A DNA stretch of 64,000 nucleotides from Auanema rhodensis. Taxonomy: Eukaryota > Animalia > Nematoda. The stretch spans positions 15,872,001 to 15,936,000 of the forward strand of contig OZ059896.1 of NCBI GenBank assembly GCA_964057225.1, in the 5' to 3' direction. A program made the position numbers and the translations under genes. The notes under the pieces were generated by a model that was given only the letters and a program-made list of their open reading frames with translations, was not told the DNA's origin and ran no database searches. Of this stretch, positions 38,080 to 51,745 are shown in pieces. Position 1 is the stretch's first letter; each line of letters opens with the position of its first letter.

Positions 38080-39072
38080 CTCTCTCTTATTCTCTCTCTT
38101 ATTCTTTTCTCCCTTAGTCTATCTCTCTTTCCCTTAGTCTCTCTCTCTCTCTCTCTTTCCCTCTCTGTTTTACCTTTATCTTAATTTTCCAAATAATTTT
38201 TCTTTAACCATATCCTTTACAACTTTTTTTTTCAATCAAACTCTTTTATCTATTTTAAATTTTTACTTTTAAATCATCTAAATATCAAACAAACATCTAA
38301 TAATCTTTGAAAGATTGTTCAAAAAATACTTTGCAATATGAAATTACATTGAATTATCGAAATTTCCACTTTTCAGCAATAGCAATATATATGAACACAA
38401 CACCATCTTAAGATTTCGATTTAACAAAGTACTCATCCTATGTTTCTGGTTAAATATTCAAATTTTATTTAAAGTTTTTATAAATAAAAATATTTCTTTT
38501 ATTAAATATTATTATTTTTTAATCTATTAACCTTATATGAACGTTCAAAAATGTCGAATTTCTTGCATCTTAATGTTAATTGTTTCAATGAACATGTGAA
38601 TTTTAATATTCAGACATTTAATCTCTCTTGACCTTTCCAATCCTCTCTCTCTAACTCTCTCTCCACCTTTTACTTACTTTCGAGGAGCTGTTTAGCTTTT
38701 ACTTCCTTTAACCCCTTCTGTGTTTTGAATAATTTTTGCGGTCCCAATATTATTTCGCTTGTCATTACAATCAAAATCTTCTTGAGGGCTTTTGGTTCTT
38801 TCAAATATTTACAGAAAATGAGATGTTTTTTTTAATTTTTTTCTTTATTTTATCAAAATTATATATTTTTTTTGTTTTTTAATTGATTTCAATACAATAT
38901 TTTTCTCCAGGGATATCTTTCTCTAATTATTATTCAACTATTTATTTATTTTTCATATTTCTCTTCTCTTCAACTTCTTTTCCTAACTTTTAAACATACA
39001 AAAAAAACCTATATTTGTATCTCATCTCTCTCTCTTTCTCTCTCTCTAATATCTCTCTCTCATCTCTCTCTC

Positions 39073-39121
<49 letters not shown>

Positions 39122-41072
39122 TAATAGTTATCTTGATCATTCGATTCTCTTCTACACACTAAGATACAGCTGAAAATTATTTCATTAATACCGTTTTTCT
39201 CATATAATTTCGATAATTTTCCACACAAAACAATTACGTAGGCAGATGAGCAATGCTCGATGACATTTCCCTCCATCCATCTCGTCTTTCCTACTTTCAT
39301 TTTTTTGAAAAAAAAGTAAAAGAATTGAACCTTATCATCATATACATACTTTCTCTTGTTATTTGAGATAAATGTTGGATATAAATTAACATTTCTATTC
39401 ACAAGTTGAAATACTTTTAAAACAAATTTAATGATTGTAATTCTAAAAGTACTATTCAACTAAAAATCTTATCTCATTCTTCTCTATTTACTTTAAAACT
39501 TTGTTAAAAATAGTTTAACTATGTGTTATATTTGAGTATATTTGGATAATATTACTTACTTACATATGTTATCATCGTTTATCTTCAATTTGGCATTTTA
39601 GAGCATTTATTACAATCTATTGCTGTAGCATTACTTTCTCCGCAAGTATATTTCATGCTACTCCTCCCCTCTCTTTTTCCATTTTGTTTTTTCCTTTTTT
39701 TCCCTCTTTCTCTCTATCTCTCTCACTTTCTCTCTCTCTCTCTTTCATCCTTTCTCTCTCAATCTTTATCTCTTTATCTCTAACTGTCTCTTTTTTTCGA
39801 TGTCCTTTTTTGTTCTTAATTTTTGCAGTTTTGTACTGAACACAAAAATTTAACTGCCATTTTCTTAACAAAAACGAACTATTTCAGAACTTACTCGCTC
39901 ACTTTTTGCACCAAACGCACATCCTCTTTCCTCCACCCAAACGCCTCTGTTTCTCGTATGCAATGACGCGGAAAATTTTTTCAAAAAAAGTCAATGTGGA
40001 ATTTGAGATTTTCCGTTCTGAAATTAGAAGAATTATAGCCCTAATTACAACAGTGTAATTGTGTCCACAAAATACTCTATATCCGGCTCACATGGCTTTT
40101 GGAAACAGCAGGCATAACGAACAAAGCAATTAAATGTTCGAACAACACTTTTGTTCATCTTGCATGATGCCAATGTATTGGATTGTTTCTTTATTTTTTT
40201 CAATTCAATTTGTTGTCATTTTTTTGAAACAAAAATTGCAAAAAATGAATGTCAAAGTAAGCTCAGTCATCCATCCTTTATAGCTTTTACCTCTTTCTTT
40301 CTCATATTTTCCATGATTTTTCAATATCACGTGGTCGCTATATGCTTGTTATGATCTCAACAGCAATTCCTTCCGTTTTCTAGTTTGCTTCGTTTCATGT
40401 TATCAGTTTCAGGTGTTTTCCTTGTTTGTCTTCATACTCTCTAGCAACATGTTTTATAGCATATACATACCAACTCTCTTCTTTCCCCTCAAACCTCCCT
40501 CCTCACCTTTCTATGATCGTTTCTTCTTTCAAGCATCTCTCTCTCTTTCTTTCTCTCCCTCACTCTCTCTCTCTCTCTCTCTCTCTTGAAAGCAGTTATA
40601 TACATATTACTCTGTACGTCAAACTATTCCGTTACTCTTTCATGTTTAGCAGAAATCTCTATCTTTTTCACCCTCTCTCTCTCCCTCTCCTCATTGCTTA
40701 CTCCTCCTTTATCCGTATTTATATTCCGCATTTCATCGGCTTTTCCTGTGAAACAAGCAATGATGCTTTCATTCTGTTCATGTTTTCATGCAAGTTTTCG
40801 TTATGCAAATACAAAAATAGATGAAAATAATAAGAATGAGCTTATCAGCATGATATTCATCCTCATCTTAAACTCTCCAGTTATGCTATTTTCAACTCTT
40901 CATTATAAATTCTTTTTTCTTCATTCTTAGTTATTTTCTTCAATTAATTAGATATTTCTTCTGATAGCGACGAGAATTTTCTTTAAATAATGTTAATGTT
41001 CCAACCGTTTTTTTTACTTTTTTTAATCGTTCTCTTTTCCTCTCTCTCTCTCTCCCTATCCCCCTCTCTATC

Positions 41073-41133
<61 letters not shown>

Positions 41134-41654
41134 TTCTCTCTCTGTCTTTATTTATTTCCCTTCGTTTCGGTTTCTCACAATAAGTAAAGCATGCAATATT
41201 TGTTACCAAATAAGTAAAACTTTAAAATAAACTGAAAATTGAATATAAGATTGATAACTAGATAGAGAACAGACGAAAGAGTGACAGATGGAAGGAAAAA
41301 GAAGAAAGAGCCCTTCCTTCACCAAGTTCGGATAGTATAGGATTAGTTAAACTTATGAGAAACGGATCAGAAATCTCATGTCAAATTCACGTTGATTTTC
41401 ATGTCATATTCATGCTTTCTATTAGAGAATTCTACTTTTCTGAAGAGAGTTTACTTGAAGGTATTAAACTTAATAGGAAAAGGAAAACGTTTTTGACAAT
41501 TATTGAACTTACCGCTTAAAAGCACAAAAAGCTGTATTGTTAATAAATTTACATTCAAATATATTTGTAATTATAACTATATTGACAATGAAAAAGAAAA
41601 TAAAAAAAAGAGATTAACAGAAAGTAATAGAGTGAGAGAGAAAGAGAGAGAAAG

Positions 41655-41685
<31 letters not shown>

Positions 41686-42612
41686 TGGTGACGGAGACGG
41701 ATACTACCTAAGAGAGAGAGAGAGAGAGGAAGAGATCATGATCATACGTGTGACTCATCAGAAAGCACATTGTTTGAATGAAATCATTAAAACTTACATG
41801 ATTGGATGGGAAAGAATTCTTTAAAAAATATAAAAAGCATTGTGTTTCTCACACCGACATCTGTGAATCAAGGCACTTTCTGACCTTTTTAGAGATTTTT
41901 ACAACTGTAACCCGCATGCTTCTATTTCTTCAAAATTCATTCATCATTAATGAAATTGTTTTTCAGTCCCTTTCTCTCCGTTACCCAGCCTCTCTCTCTC
42001 TCTTTATGATTCTCTCTGTAATCATCTCACTCGCTTGTACAGACGAACCTCACTTTCTTCGTATTCACACGTTCATTGCTTACATCATAGAACGAGTAAA
42101 AACATTTTATAAATACAGAGAATAGCATGGACCATCACCAAATTGTTAAGAAACGTCATACTCTCTAAGGAAAAGGCAGATCACGCTGTCTATACTTGGA
42201 TGGTCATATGTATTTACCAAATCTCTCTCTTTCTCTCTCTCTTCGACCCGTGCCCTTTCTTGCTCTTATTGGTTCATACTAGGCTTTCTATTTCTAAAAC
42301 TCCTGAGCTCATTGCCTTTTGCTCTCAAAACCTCTCCGCGTGTCGCTGTGCAAGCTCTGAACAGGTTGGGACGCAGTTAGCTAAACTTAGGTTTAATCTG
42401 TTAAATTGCAATCCGAATTGTATAATCAAGACATTTGGAATATAAATTATTGTAAATTAAGATTAATATTTATGTTTTTCTTCTCTCACGTTCCATATTA
42501 CTATATTTACATATTTTAATTGAAATCTCTATTTATTTCATTGAATAACTTGTATAACCTTTTTTTGCTCATCAAACTAGAAATTCTCTCTTCTTCATTC
42601 CCTTCTTCATTC

Positions 42613-42658
<46 letters not shown>

Positions 42659-43442
42659 CATTAGATCTTGATAAATCATGGAATACTTCGGTTATGCTTT
42701 TGTCTGCATCTTTTTCAAATTGAGTTTTTTCTTCTATTGTTTCTTCTTCTATTTTTTTTCTGAAAACACTTCTTTCTTGGTTTCAACATTTTCTCAAAAA
42801 ATTTGTTTTACCAATGTGACTGGCTTATTTATGAAGTTTAACATCAGTATTTTCTTTTTCATTTCTTAATTATGATATGTATTCTCCATTAATTCATTAT
42901 TTGATCTTATCCATAGTTTTCATTTCAAAACATTTCGTGTTTTTTTTTGTGAAAACTTTAGTCCAATCTAATATCTGATATAGCTTACAAATTAAATTAT
43001 TCTCTTTTGAAAAAAGTTTAAAAAGATGGAAAGAGAAAGAGAGAGCGAGAGAAAGAGAAGGAGAGAAAGAAAATTGAAAATTGGAGAATAGATTGAAGAA
43101 GAAAAAAGAATAAAACATAGAAAATTGTATTATCTTTCAGTTTTTGTAGAGTAAAATATGAAAAACCAACGTGTAGATTAAACTTTAGAAAGGTACAGCA
43201 TGTTATTGACAAGAGACATCAAGAAGCTCTCACTTGATTTTCATGTAACAGATGAGATGATGAATCATTCAAATGGATGCAACAATGAGCATTTTTATAT
43301 TCGTCGCAACCTATTGCATGTACATGAAAACAAGAGAAAAAATGAAAAATAATTGTATAAATACATACATATGATTATATGGTTTTTATACCTTAGATTT
43401 TACTTTTTTTAAATAACAATTTATATGGAAATTTAGAATAAA

Positions 43443-43474
<32 letters not shown>

Positions 43475-45253
43475 TGAGAGAGAGAGAGAAAACAAGTTCA
43501 CATCATACGTGTGTATCTCTCTAGAGAGGGAGAGAGAGAAAGAGAGGTACGTGAACAAAGATAATGGTTTTAGAAGAATGTAAACTCCACAATTCACATG
43601 CTTGATAGGCTTTTTCGCAAAAAAAACCTATTTTTCATATTTTTACGGAAGAGTTTATGGAAATTTTAAAAAAGCAGATAGGGAGTAAGAATTAAAAATT
43701 GAGAGATATAGAGATATAGAGAGAAAATAAGAAGTACTGCATCGAAAAATAATTCAGAATAAGAAGGAAACAAAAGAGAGAGAGAGAGATAGATAAGAAG
43801 ATCTCGAGAGTAGAGTTACACGAGATGTACATGGAATCCATTGTGGTTACCAGCATGAAGCCATTTTTCGAAAAGTGGCAAACTTGCATTTCGCTACTGG
43901 AATCCTGACGTAAGCAGCTTCATCTTCAGTTGTTACCCGTATTGATGATTGTCAAACAATCATTATAGACTTCCTTTCGGTATTTACATACATATGTATA
44001 TCTGAAGGTTTTTGTCTTGAATTACTTGAAATTTGCATGGATCTTCTTCGCTTGTTGCCCTCTTACCCTCTTTTCCCTTCTCTTTCTCTTTTCACGTCAA
44101 GCTAAAACCTTTATAAACCTTTTTATATATTGTTTTAAAAACCTCAACTGCAGATTACACGAACTATTGGTTGACATTTCCTTAATACACGTGAGTTTGA
44201 CGTGAAATTTCTGAACCATTCAATCAGTTCGTGACGTCTAGAACGGTTGTTTTTGTCATTTTTTCTATTTATAAATAAATATTTCTTCCTTTTTCTCATA
44301 CTTCACATTATAATTGCTTAGTTTTTTTTCTGAGGGTACATTTCTCACATTGTAAGTTATTCCTCATTCATTCATTTTATTCAATTTCTTTTGTTATTGA
44401 TTATTATAAATCAATATTTCTTTTTCCTTTTAAATAATATATATATATTTATATCATATATATTATTATTATATATGTTCTATTATTTGATATTTCTGGG
44501 CGGTAAAAAGTTGATAATATGATCTTCTTTCGTTCACATTCACAGCTCAAATCCTTGCACCAAGTATTTGTTCTCAATCTCTTCTACCCTCCTCTCTCTC
44601 TAGCTCTCACTTGTTCTCGTTTTTTTCTTTATAGCATTGTTTCTTTGTGTTTATTAGATTTATAAAGAAAACGAATGAAAGAAATGGAATTTCTTGATGT
44701 CTTCTTCTAATTATTTGCATCTTCGAAACAGTTTCCGTTTCCTTCTTTTTTTTCTCGTCCACGCCGTGTAGTCATCAACCATGTTTCTACCTCCTTTCTC
44801 ATTTCCACACATACCCTCCACCTCCTCCCCAATTCCTTCATTTGAATTCAAGTTAGAAGAGAGGAAAAAAAGATTTTTTAGTATTGAAAGCCTCAAATCA
44901 ACCTAATATACGTATTCTCTAACTTTGTATTTCATTATATATATATTTTCCTTAACTATATATTTTAGAATACAAACTATATGAAGTGATCATATCATAA
45001 TGTGTTCACTTTCTATTACATCAGTCGGTTTTCCAATCATTTTTCCTACAAATTTCCTTTTTGTTGTTAGAAAAGAGCTAAAAACGAATTGAAAGCGACG
45101 ATTTCTCATCCTGGAACAAACAGTAGATCATCTGATCTTTTGGCTGTTTTTCTGATGTAATCCAACTGATACGTTCCTATATGCTTTTTCCAAAGGATAT
45201 ATATTCTCTTAATCATAGCTATCATCTAATATATATTTTTATTTTTTTTATTA

Positions 45254-45305
<52 letters not shown>

Positions 45306-45676
45306 TTCTTCTTTTCAATCCAAATTTTTATATGTCATATATAGCTGAAAGAGCATTGACCTCTTGACGTCTTTTTTGTTTGATTCTTTTTTTTCTTCAA
45401 ACAAAAAAATGGATTTATATGAGCTAAAACAAGATGATTCTTATATCTATTTTAGCATTTTCACGTACTGGTCTTTCATTCTGAGATTGTCGAAACAATT
45501 CTTCTTCTTCTTCTTCTTCAAGCTGTTCATCCGGATTAATGGTTTTTTGATTTATTCGCCTTTCCACGTGGAATGAAAAGATTTGGAATATTTTCTTTGA
45601 AATCAATCCTTTGAAGTATTATTTGAACTTATAATGCAATTTGGCTTCACGAAACCTACTAACGATGGCAGTAACT

Positions 45677-45740
45677 CGAATGATGACATACTGCGCAACA
45701 CATAAGCAGCTATATTCGCAGTTAAGCCTACATCTGATCG
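45677..45740 (+). ncRNA. Candidate box C/D snoRNA-like element
   Basis: C box ATGATGA (45680-45686), D box CTGA (45734-45737), closing CGA/TCG stem, internal ACTGCG/CGCAGT stem; no target identified. Confidence 0.25.
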
Positions 45741-46777
45741 GTAGAGCACGAACTAGGGAACTAGAAAAATCTTAGTTAAACTTGGGTAGCAGCTTAAGGC
45801 CTTTTCACGAAAATATGTGTAAGCTTTTCTTTTTTTTTCTTCATGTCTCCTTTCTGAGTAATCGAAAATGAGATAAAATGAGGAAAATTGGACATGTGTA
45901 TGTATCTTTACACGTGTCATCACAGAAACAAGAAAAAAGTTGAATAAAGTAAAAGAGAGAGAGAAAAAGAGAGAAAGACCATTTTATTCTTGTCAAAATA
46001 ATAAAAATATTGTAAATGAATAAATAAATGATATTCCCTAAAAGAATAGACAATTCAAGAGAATATGAGTCTAATCTGTTCTTTTCAATTCAAAGGAAGA
46101 AAACTCTTCCCATCTCAACTACTACTTACATTTGCTCACAATGGGTAAATAGCTTCTCCAATATCAGGCCTATCGTAATCTTCTGTCGTTTACGTGGATG
46201 TAGCATATTCAAACCGATATTATGTCTGTTCGATGCTTAATCAGTCATCGAGAATCCTTCTAGCTGATGACCATTTATGGTATCGAATCATGTCGAAGAT
46301 TGAAGGTAGCCATCGTCTGTTTGTTCATTTATGTTTGATCATGCTACCAGTGCTTGTATAACCAAAGTTGTAACAATGCTTTGAGCATGTTCAACTTGCA
46401 CATGTTCATGATCATGCAATTGCTGCTGGTATACCTCTCCCTCTCCCACGTACGGATGTATCCATGCATAATCGTTAAGCTTGCTTGGCCTCTTCAGAAT
46501 CACTTCATTCTCTCGCGATTTTCATAAGTATGCATTCTCTCTCTGTTTTTTTCTCCTGTTTGTAACACTTGTCATCATCACAACAACAATTTTCTTGAGA
46601 ACCTTCAAGAACATTTTCTTCATTAACTCCGAAATATTCGTGTTGTCTTGTGTGTTGTCTTAGGTATTTTCATTGTCGCCAACCAATTTTCGTTGTCAAT
46701 TTTGTTTTGATTTCCTCAATTCTTCAATATTCCAGCCTTTTCGAGGAGCACATATTCAGTTCCTCTACATTGGCTTC

Positions 46778-48980
46778 ATGCAGTCTGATGTGACTGAAGA
46801 CGATCACGGTTTTACGTCGCCTCCAGAAGAGATCATCTATCTATTCTTACCTCGTAGTCAAGAGCTGAATTCCAGTCGTCTTATCACGTCTATATCCATT
46901 ATAGGATTATTCACTATTTCCATATGTGGTAATGCCAGCCACTTAGCCTTACAGGTAAAGTCAACTACTAATCAAAGATCGTCCTTTATCAAGTCTGTCA
47001 AAGAAATCAAAAAAAAAAGACAAAGAAAAGAAAAATCTCAAACATTTTCCATGAGAAAGAACTCCAAACGTACAAGATTTTTCTTCTTTGAAAACGAAGC
47101 ATAATCCTTCTTTTTTTCCTTCCAACCTTGTTTATGAGTATCTATGTATATAAAAGCTAGATTGAAGCTTTATATTAGAGCAAACTACACTCTTTTATAA
47201 ATTATTTATTTCATTAATGGATAAACACAATTTTTAATTTTCCGTTTAATTAAGAAAAACTTAGACTTTAATGACATTTGAGCAATAGCCTTTGAGCTGT
47301 CTGTCATAATAATTTTTCAATTTTCTTCGAATTTTCACTTAAAACATCTATAAATTTCTTTTTTCTTTCAAATATTATACTTAAGAAGTACTTATAACAA
47401 CTAACAGCTTACCAAAAACCTCATACCCCCCCCCCTTCATTAAACATCAAAGACAGTAATTATTAGACTAAATATAAAGTTTGCAGTGTTATGCTCGAAG
47501 GCTGTATACTTCATCGTCACCGTCAGTACAACATCTGATTGCTGTGCTCTATGTAATATGCTTCATGGTATGAGTTTTTCATTTTACATATTTCAATTTT
47601 TCTTTCAATTTTCCGGATGTTTTCTGAATTTCTAAAAATATTTTTTTCTCTCTCACTATCTCTTTTTACCTCTCAACTTAATGAAACTACTACTTTGGTT
47701 GCAGGTACCGATGGCTTTACCATGTGTAATTCTTGAAAAATTGGTAAGCATATGGATGTTTGCACCTTATTCATGTTCAGTGTATCATTTCTTTTTCTCA
47801 TGTGAACGAGCCCTTATTCCTTGGATAACAGCATTCCTGTATATATTTGTTGTAAGTTGTCCAAGTTTATTTAAGCGCCAAGAGTAAACAACTTTAAACT
47901 TATTTATTATTATTTTATTTATATTTATCTATAGTTATTTCTAAAATTAACTATATCGAATTTTTTTTCAATTTTTAATAGTAAATAATTGTAGTTACGT
48001 CAATGTAGAGCGAACGTGTTCAAGACAGCACGTCCCATATTAGGACTATGTTCTGTGATAATTCTGATTCTGATCTTTTTTGTTATTTTGCCTCAAGCAT
48101 TTGCTGGCGTGGTAAGTAATAACTTTCTCTCTCTCTCTCTCTCTAATTATGAAAAATTAAAATTTTTCAGTTAGACGTTGTGTTTTATCAAGCTGTTCAA
48201 GAAGTCAAGTTTGTTATGGTTGTTCAAATAAGCAGATGCAAAAAAGATATGCCGGAACTTTATAATTTCGTTCATGTGAGGAAGCTTAATTTTACAATAA
48301 AAAAAAATTTACAAATCGTCTTTAAAAAGGGTTTATGACCTTTGTTTTTGCAGTTAATAGTCGAATTTGCTATACCAATGGGTTTCCAATTATATTTTTT
48401 ATTCCGTTTAATTTCTATTCGACATCATAATGGATCAAAATGGATTTGTAGAAATATGGTAATTGTTTTATAATTTTTAAATACTTTTTCTTTAATTAAA
48501 TTCATTAATTTATTTTATATTTATATAATTTAATTAATTTTTAGTGTATCATAACAGCTTTGCAAATGTTATGTCATCCATTATACTATCTACCATCTGA
48601 ACTCAAGGTATGTATCCAAAAAAAAGTTTTTTAATCCAAGAAACATAAGAAATACTCTGAATTTTCATTAAAAAAAAAAGAAACAATCAAAATGAAAACA
48701 AATAACTTAATTATTCATTTTTAGACGTCACTCTCGGATATGCTACCAAAAAATTTTAATGCGGACGATCTTCCATCAATGCTTCCATTCATTGTTCCGG
48801 CTTTTATTTGGCTTCCTTTAGGCAAATTGTCTGTTTGCTCCTACAACTACAGGGTAAATTCAAATTTATTTATTGAAAATAAATTTTTAAAAAAACATTT
48901 GATTTAAATTTTCTTTCTCACCTTTTAACTCTTACAATCTATTTATTTTACAGAAAAATGAGGATGAAGCGGAAGTTTAA
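46778..48980 (+). CDS. Divergent rhodopsin-like (class A) GPCR, 9 exons
   Basis: All-phase-0 GT-AG exons give TM1 ...IGLFTISICGN, ECL1 IWMFAPYSC, TM4 ...VILPQAF, an ECL2 Cys, TM5 VEFAIP, TM6 LCHPLYY, TM7 LPFIVPAFIWLP. Confidence 0.75.
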
Positions 48981-50124
48981 TGATGGATTATCAATAGTAA
49001 TAGTTAATATACATAATATATAATATTTGTATATTATATTAATTAGTTGAAATCAGTTTTATTAATTATTTTTGACGAAAAAATGTAAACAAACAAACAA
49101 GACCCAGAGATTTCTGTTGTATTTTAATTGTAAATTCATGATGGTCATACTATAGAAAGCTGTATATTTCATTCATATTCCGTTCTCTCTCTCTCTCTCC
49201 CTCTCACTCCCTTTCTCTCACTCTCTCTCTCTCACACTCCCTCTCTTTATCTCCTTAAATTATAGTTCAAACATGTTTTTTATTAAATTTGTCATTCATA
49301 GGCACAAAATAGTTGAATACTCCATTTTTCAACTTTTTTCGTTCCGATTGGTTTTTTAACTTACAAACTATACAAACTGCTCAATCATTTTTTATGTTGT
49401 TCAATGTGATTTTAATTAATTTTAAAAAAATAATAATAATATTTTAATTATTGTTTATTCGTATATATATATATATAGATATAGATATATCGAGATCTTA
49501 ACCAAACTTAGTAAAAAATACTTAACGTGGAGCTTGTAGCTATGTGCTATTCCCACCAGCAGCTTGTTAGTAACAACAACAAACATACATATTTCCATAA
49601 TTAGCTTAGGATATTATTTTATTTGAATGTAAAAATAGCAAAAAAAAATAGATTAAAAGCCTTATAATGAAAAGCTTTTATGCTCTTAGATAAAATTTGA
49701 AGTATTCTTGTTACAACATGAACAAGCCACATATGAAGCTATACTTATAGATGTACATATGTAAGTATAGTTCCATAATTATCTAATTATTACAAATTTA
49801 AAAATTATCTTTTCAACTTTATATGTTGTTTAAATTTTATATAGAACCAACTTAAAACATGATTTCAACTTTTATTTGAACAAACTTCAATCGCATGAGT
49901 TATATAAGAATATTCAATTACTGATTACAACAATCATTACCATAGCAACTATGGAAAATTGCTGTTGATTTACCTAACATATGAATGAGATTCTTCAAAA
50001 AAGCTCTGAAAGCTCTACGAATAAATGGGAAAAAAAGAAAAAAGAAATCTAATCTATATTTATAGTTACAGAGCGATTGCAAAATAAGTAAAATTACTTT
50101 CACATATTTTGTAGTTATAAATAG

Positions 50125-50757
50125 TTATTTGTTATTTGAAATCTTGGCTTTCAATTGGTCTTCAACGTTCCCTTCCACTACATCCTGAAATTCAAAGTTT
50201 CCGGCTTATTTTTAATAAGAATTGGTATAATTTTGTATTATAACGGAGGTATATGAAATACAATATTTTTCAAAATATAGTATCTATTGCATCAACTTAC
50301 AACTTGATTACCATCACGAATGAGCACAAAAGTTGGCATCACCTTGATATCATACTTCGATACAATATCTTCCTGAAATATATGCCAGTTATGTGAGAGT
50401 GGGGGGGGGAGTGAGAACACAGGTATATGCTTACCGATTCATCGACGTCCACTTTTAGAAATAGCACATCGGTGTGCTCCTCGGATAGCTTCTGAAACGT
50501 AAAAGCGATTCAACTAGCATATATACGTGTCTTTGCTTACAGCAAACTTTGGTGCCATCTGCTTACATGGACCACACCAGGTAGCATAGAAATCAACCAC
50601 AATCAGCTTTCCGCTATGTTTCTCCAATAACTCATCGAAAGCTAGCTAGAAGAGGCTTGTGAAACTTTAAACTGTTAACTCAATTACATCCAGAATGTAA
50701 ATTTTAAAAAAATTAAAATTATAAACTCACAACATCAGATGGCTCTTGTACAACCAT
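50125..50757 (-). CDS. Thioredoxin (cytosolic Trx1 type), 5 exons
   Basis: [84 protein letters not shown]...; WCGPC active site and cis-Pro MPTF. Confidence 0.96.
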
Positions 50758-51745
50758 GGCGACCAAGGTATATAATCGTTTTTCAAATTGAAAAAAATAT
50801 ATATATATAAGCTAAGAATACGAATACGAAAATTGAAATAGGCGGAGTCAAATAGAATTTGTGATTTGATACCACAATTTAGTATTAATATCACTAAGTT
50901 AACTAAACCTGCTGATAAATACTAATTAATATTACTTATATGTCTGTTATATATGGCCATAGTGAAACAAGTTTTAATTAAATAAAATTTTTATGAATAT
51001 ATATATACATATAAAACATAAGATTAGTATTTCAAAAAAACATCTGAGATTTTAAAAACATATACAATATATGAGAGAAAGAAAGAGAAAGAAACAGGGA
51101 GAGAGAGAGAGAGAGAGAGAGGGGGAGAGAGAGAGAGGAAGAGAGAATTAAATGGCATTTTTTGTATATTTTCGAAGCAAACATTTACTGAAATATTGTT
51201 AAAATGACAATGATGATGCTGTTGAAGGCATTTCTCTGAATTTATAAATCTAAAATCTTCTTCTTGCTTTTACTATAGTAATATAATTGATGTGTACATG
51301 CTAGCTAAATTAGAAACTGGAAATGTGCAAGAATCATCACAACGATAGGCCCGAGTTTAGAGCACAGGTGGTGAACAGGGATAAGTATCAATCGGTCAGT
51401 TAGGTGGGTTAACTATTAGCGAAAAGAAAATAAGCTGTAGAATTTGGGATATTATTATAAAATATGACTAAAAAGACTGGTCTATTTACAAAGAAAAATA
51501 TATTTTGTATATTCAATATACTATGAGCTATATTTTCAAAAACCTCTTTAATTTTTTAATTAACAGCGCTAAAACTGTTTTATAAAAGATTTTTGTAAGG
51601 GCTTTTGATCTTAGGCTGAATAACAAGGTGCCACGTCAGACTAGATGAACAAGCATTTGGAGAAAAAAAATAAACAACCATCGCGTGGATTGATAGGACT
51701 TTGAGACAGTGTATAATTAGCTTCCTATTACAAATTCATGATGAG

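Noticed and set aside
43934-43982. miR-51/100-family seed TACCCGTA beside a short hairpin
   Set aside because: The stem has a 3-nt loop and leaves the seed largely unpaired; geometry does not fit Drosha/Dicer processing.
33800-46500. Apparent cluster of TACGTG hypoxia elements
   Set aside because: Overall count is close to the expectation from base composition.
16800-46700. Many 60-130 aa ORFs rich in LSLSLS, RERERE or Phe/Ile
   Set aside because: Translations of microsatellites and AT-rich non-coding DNA; no domain motifs or consistent splice phases.
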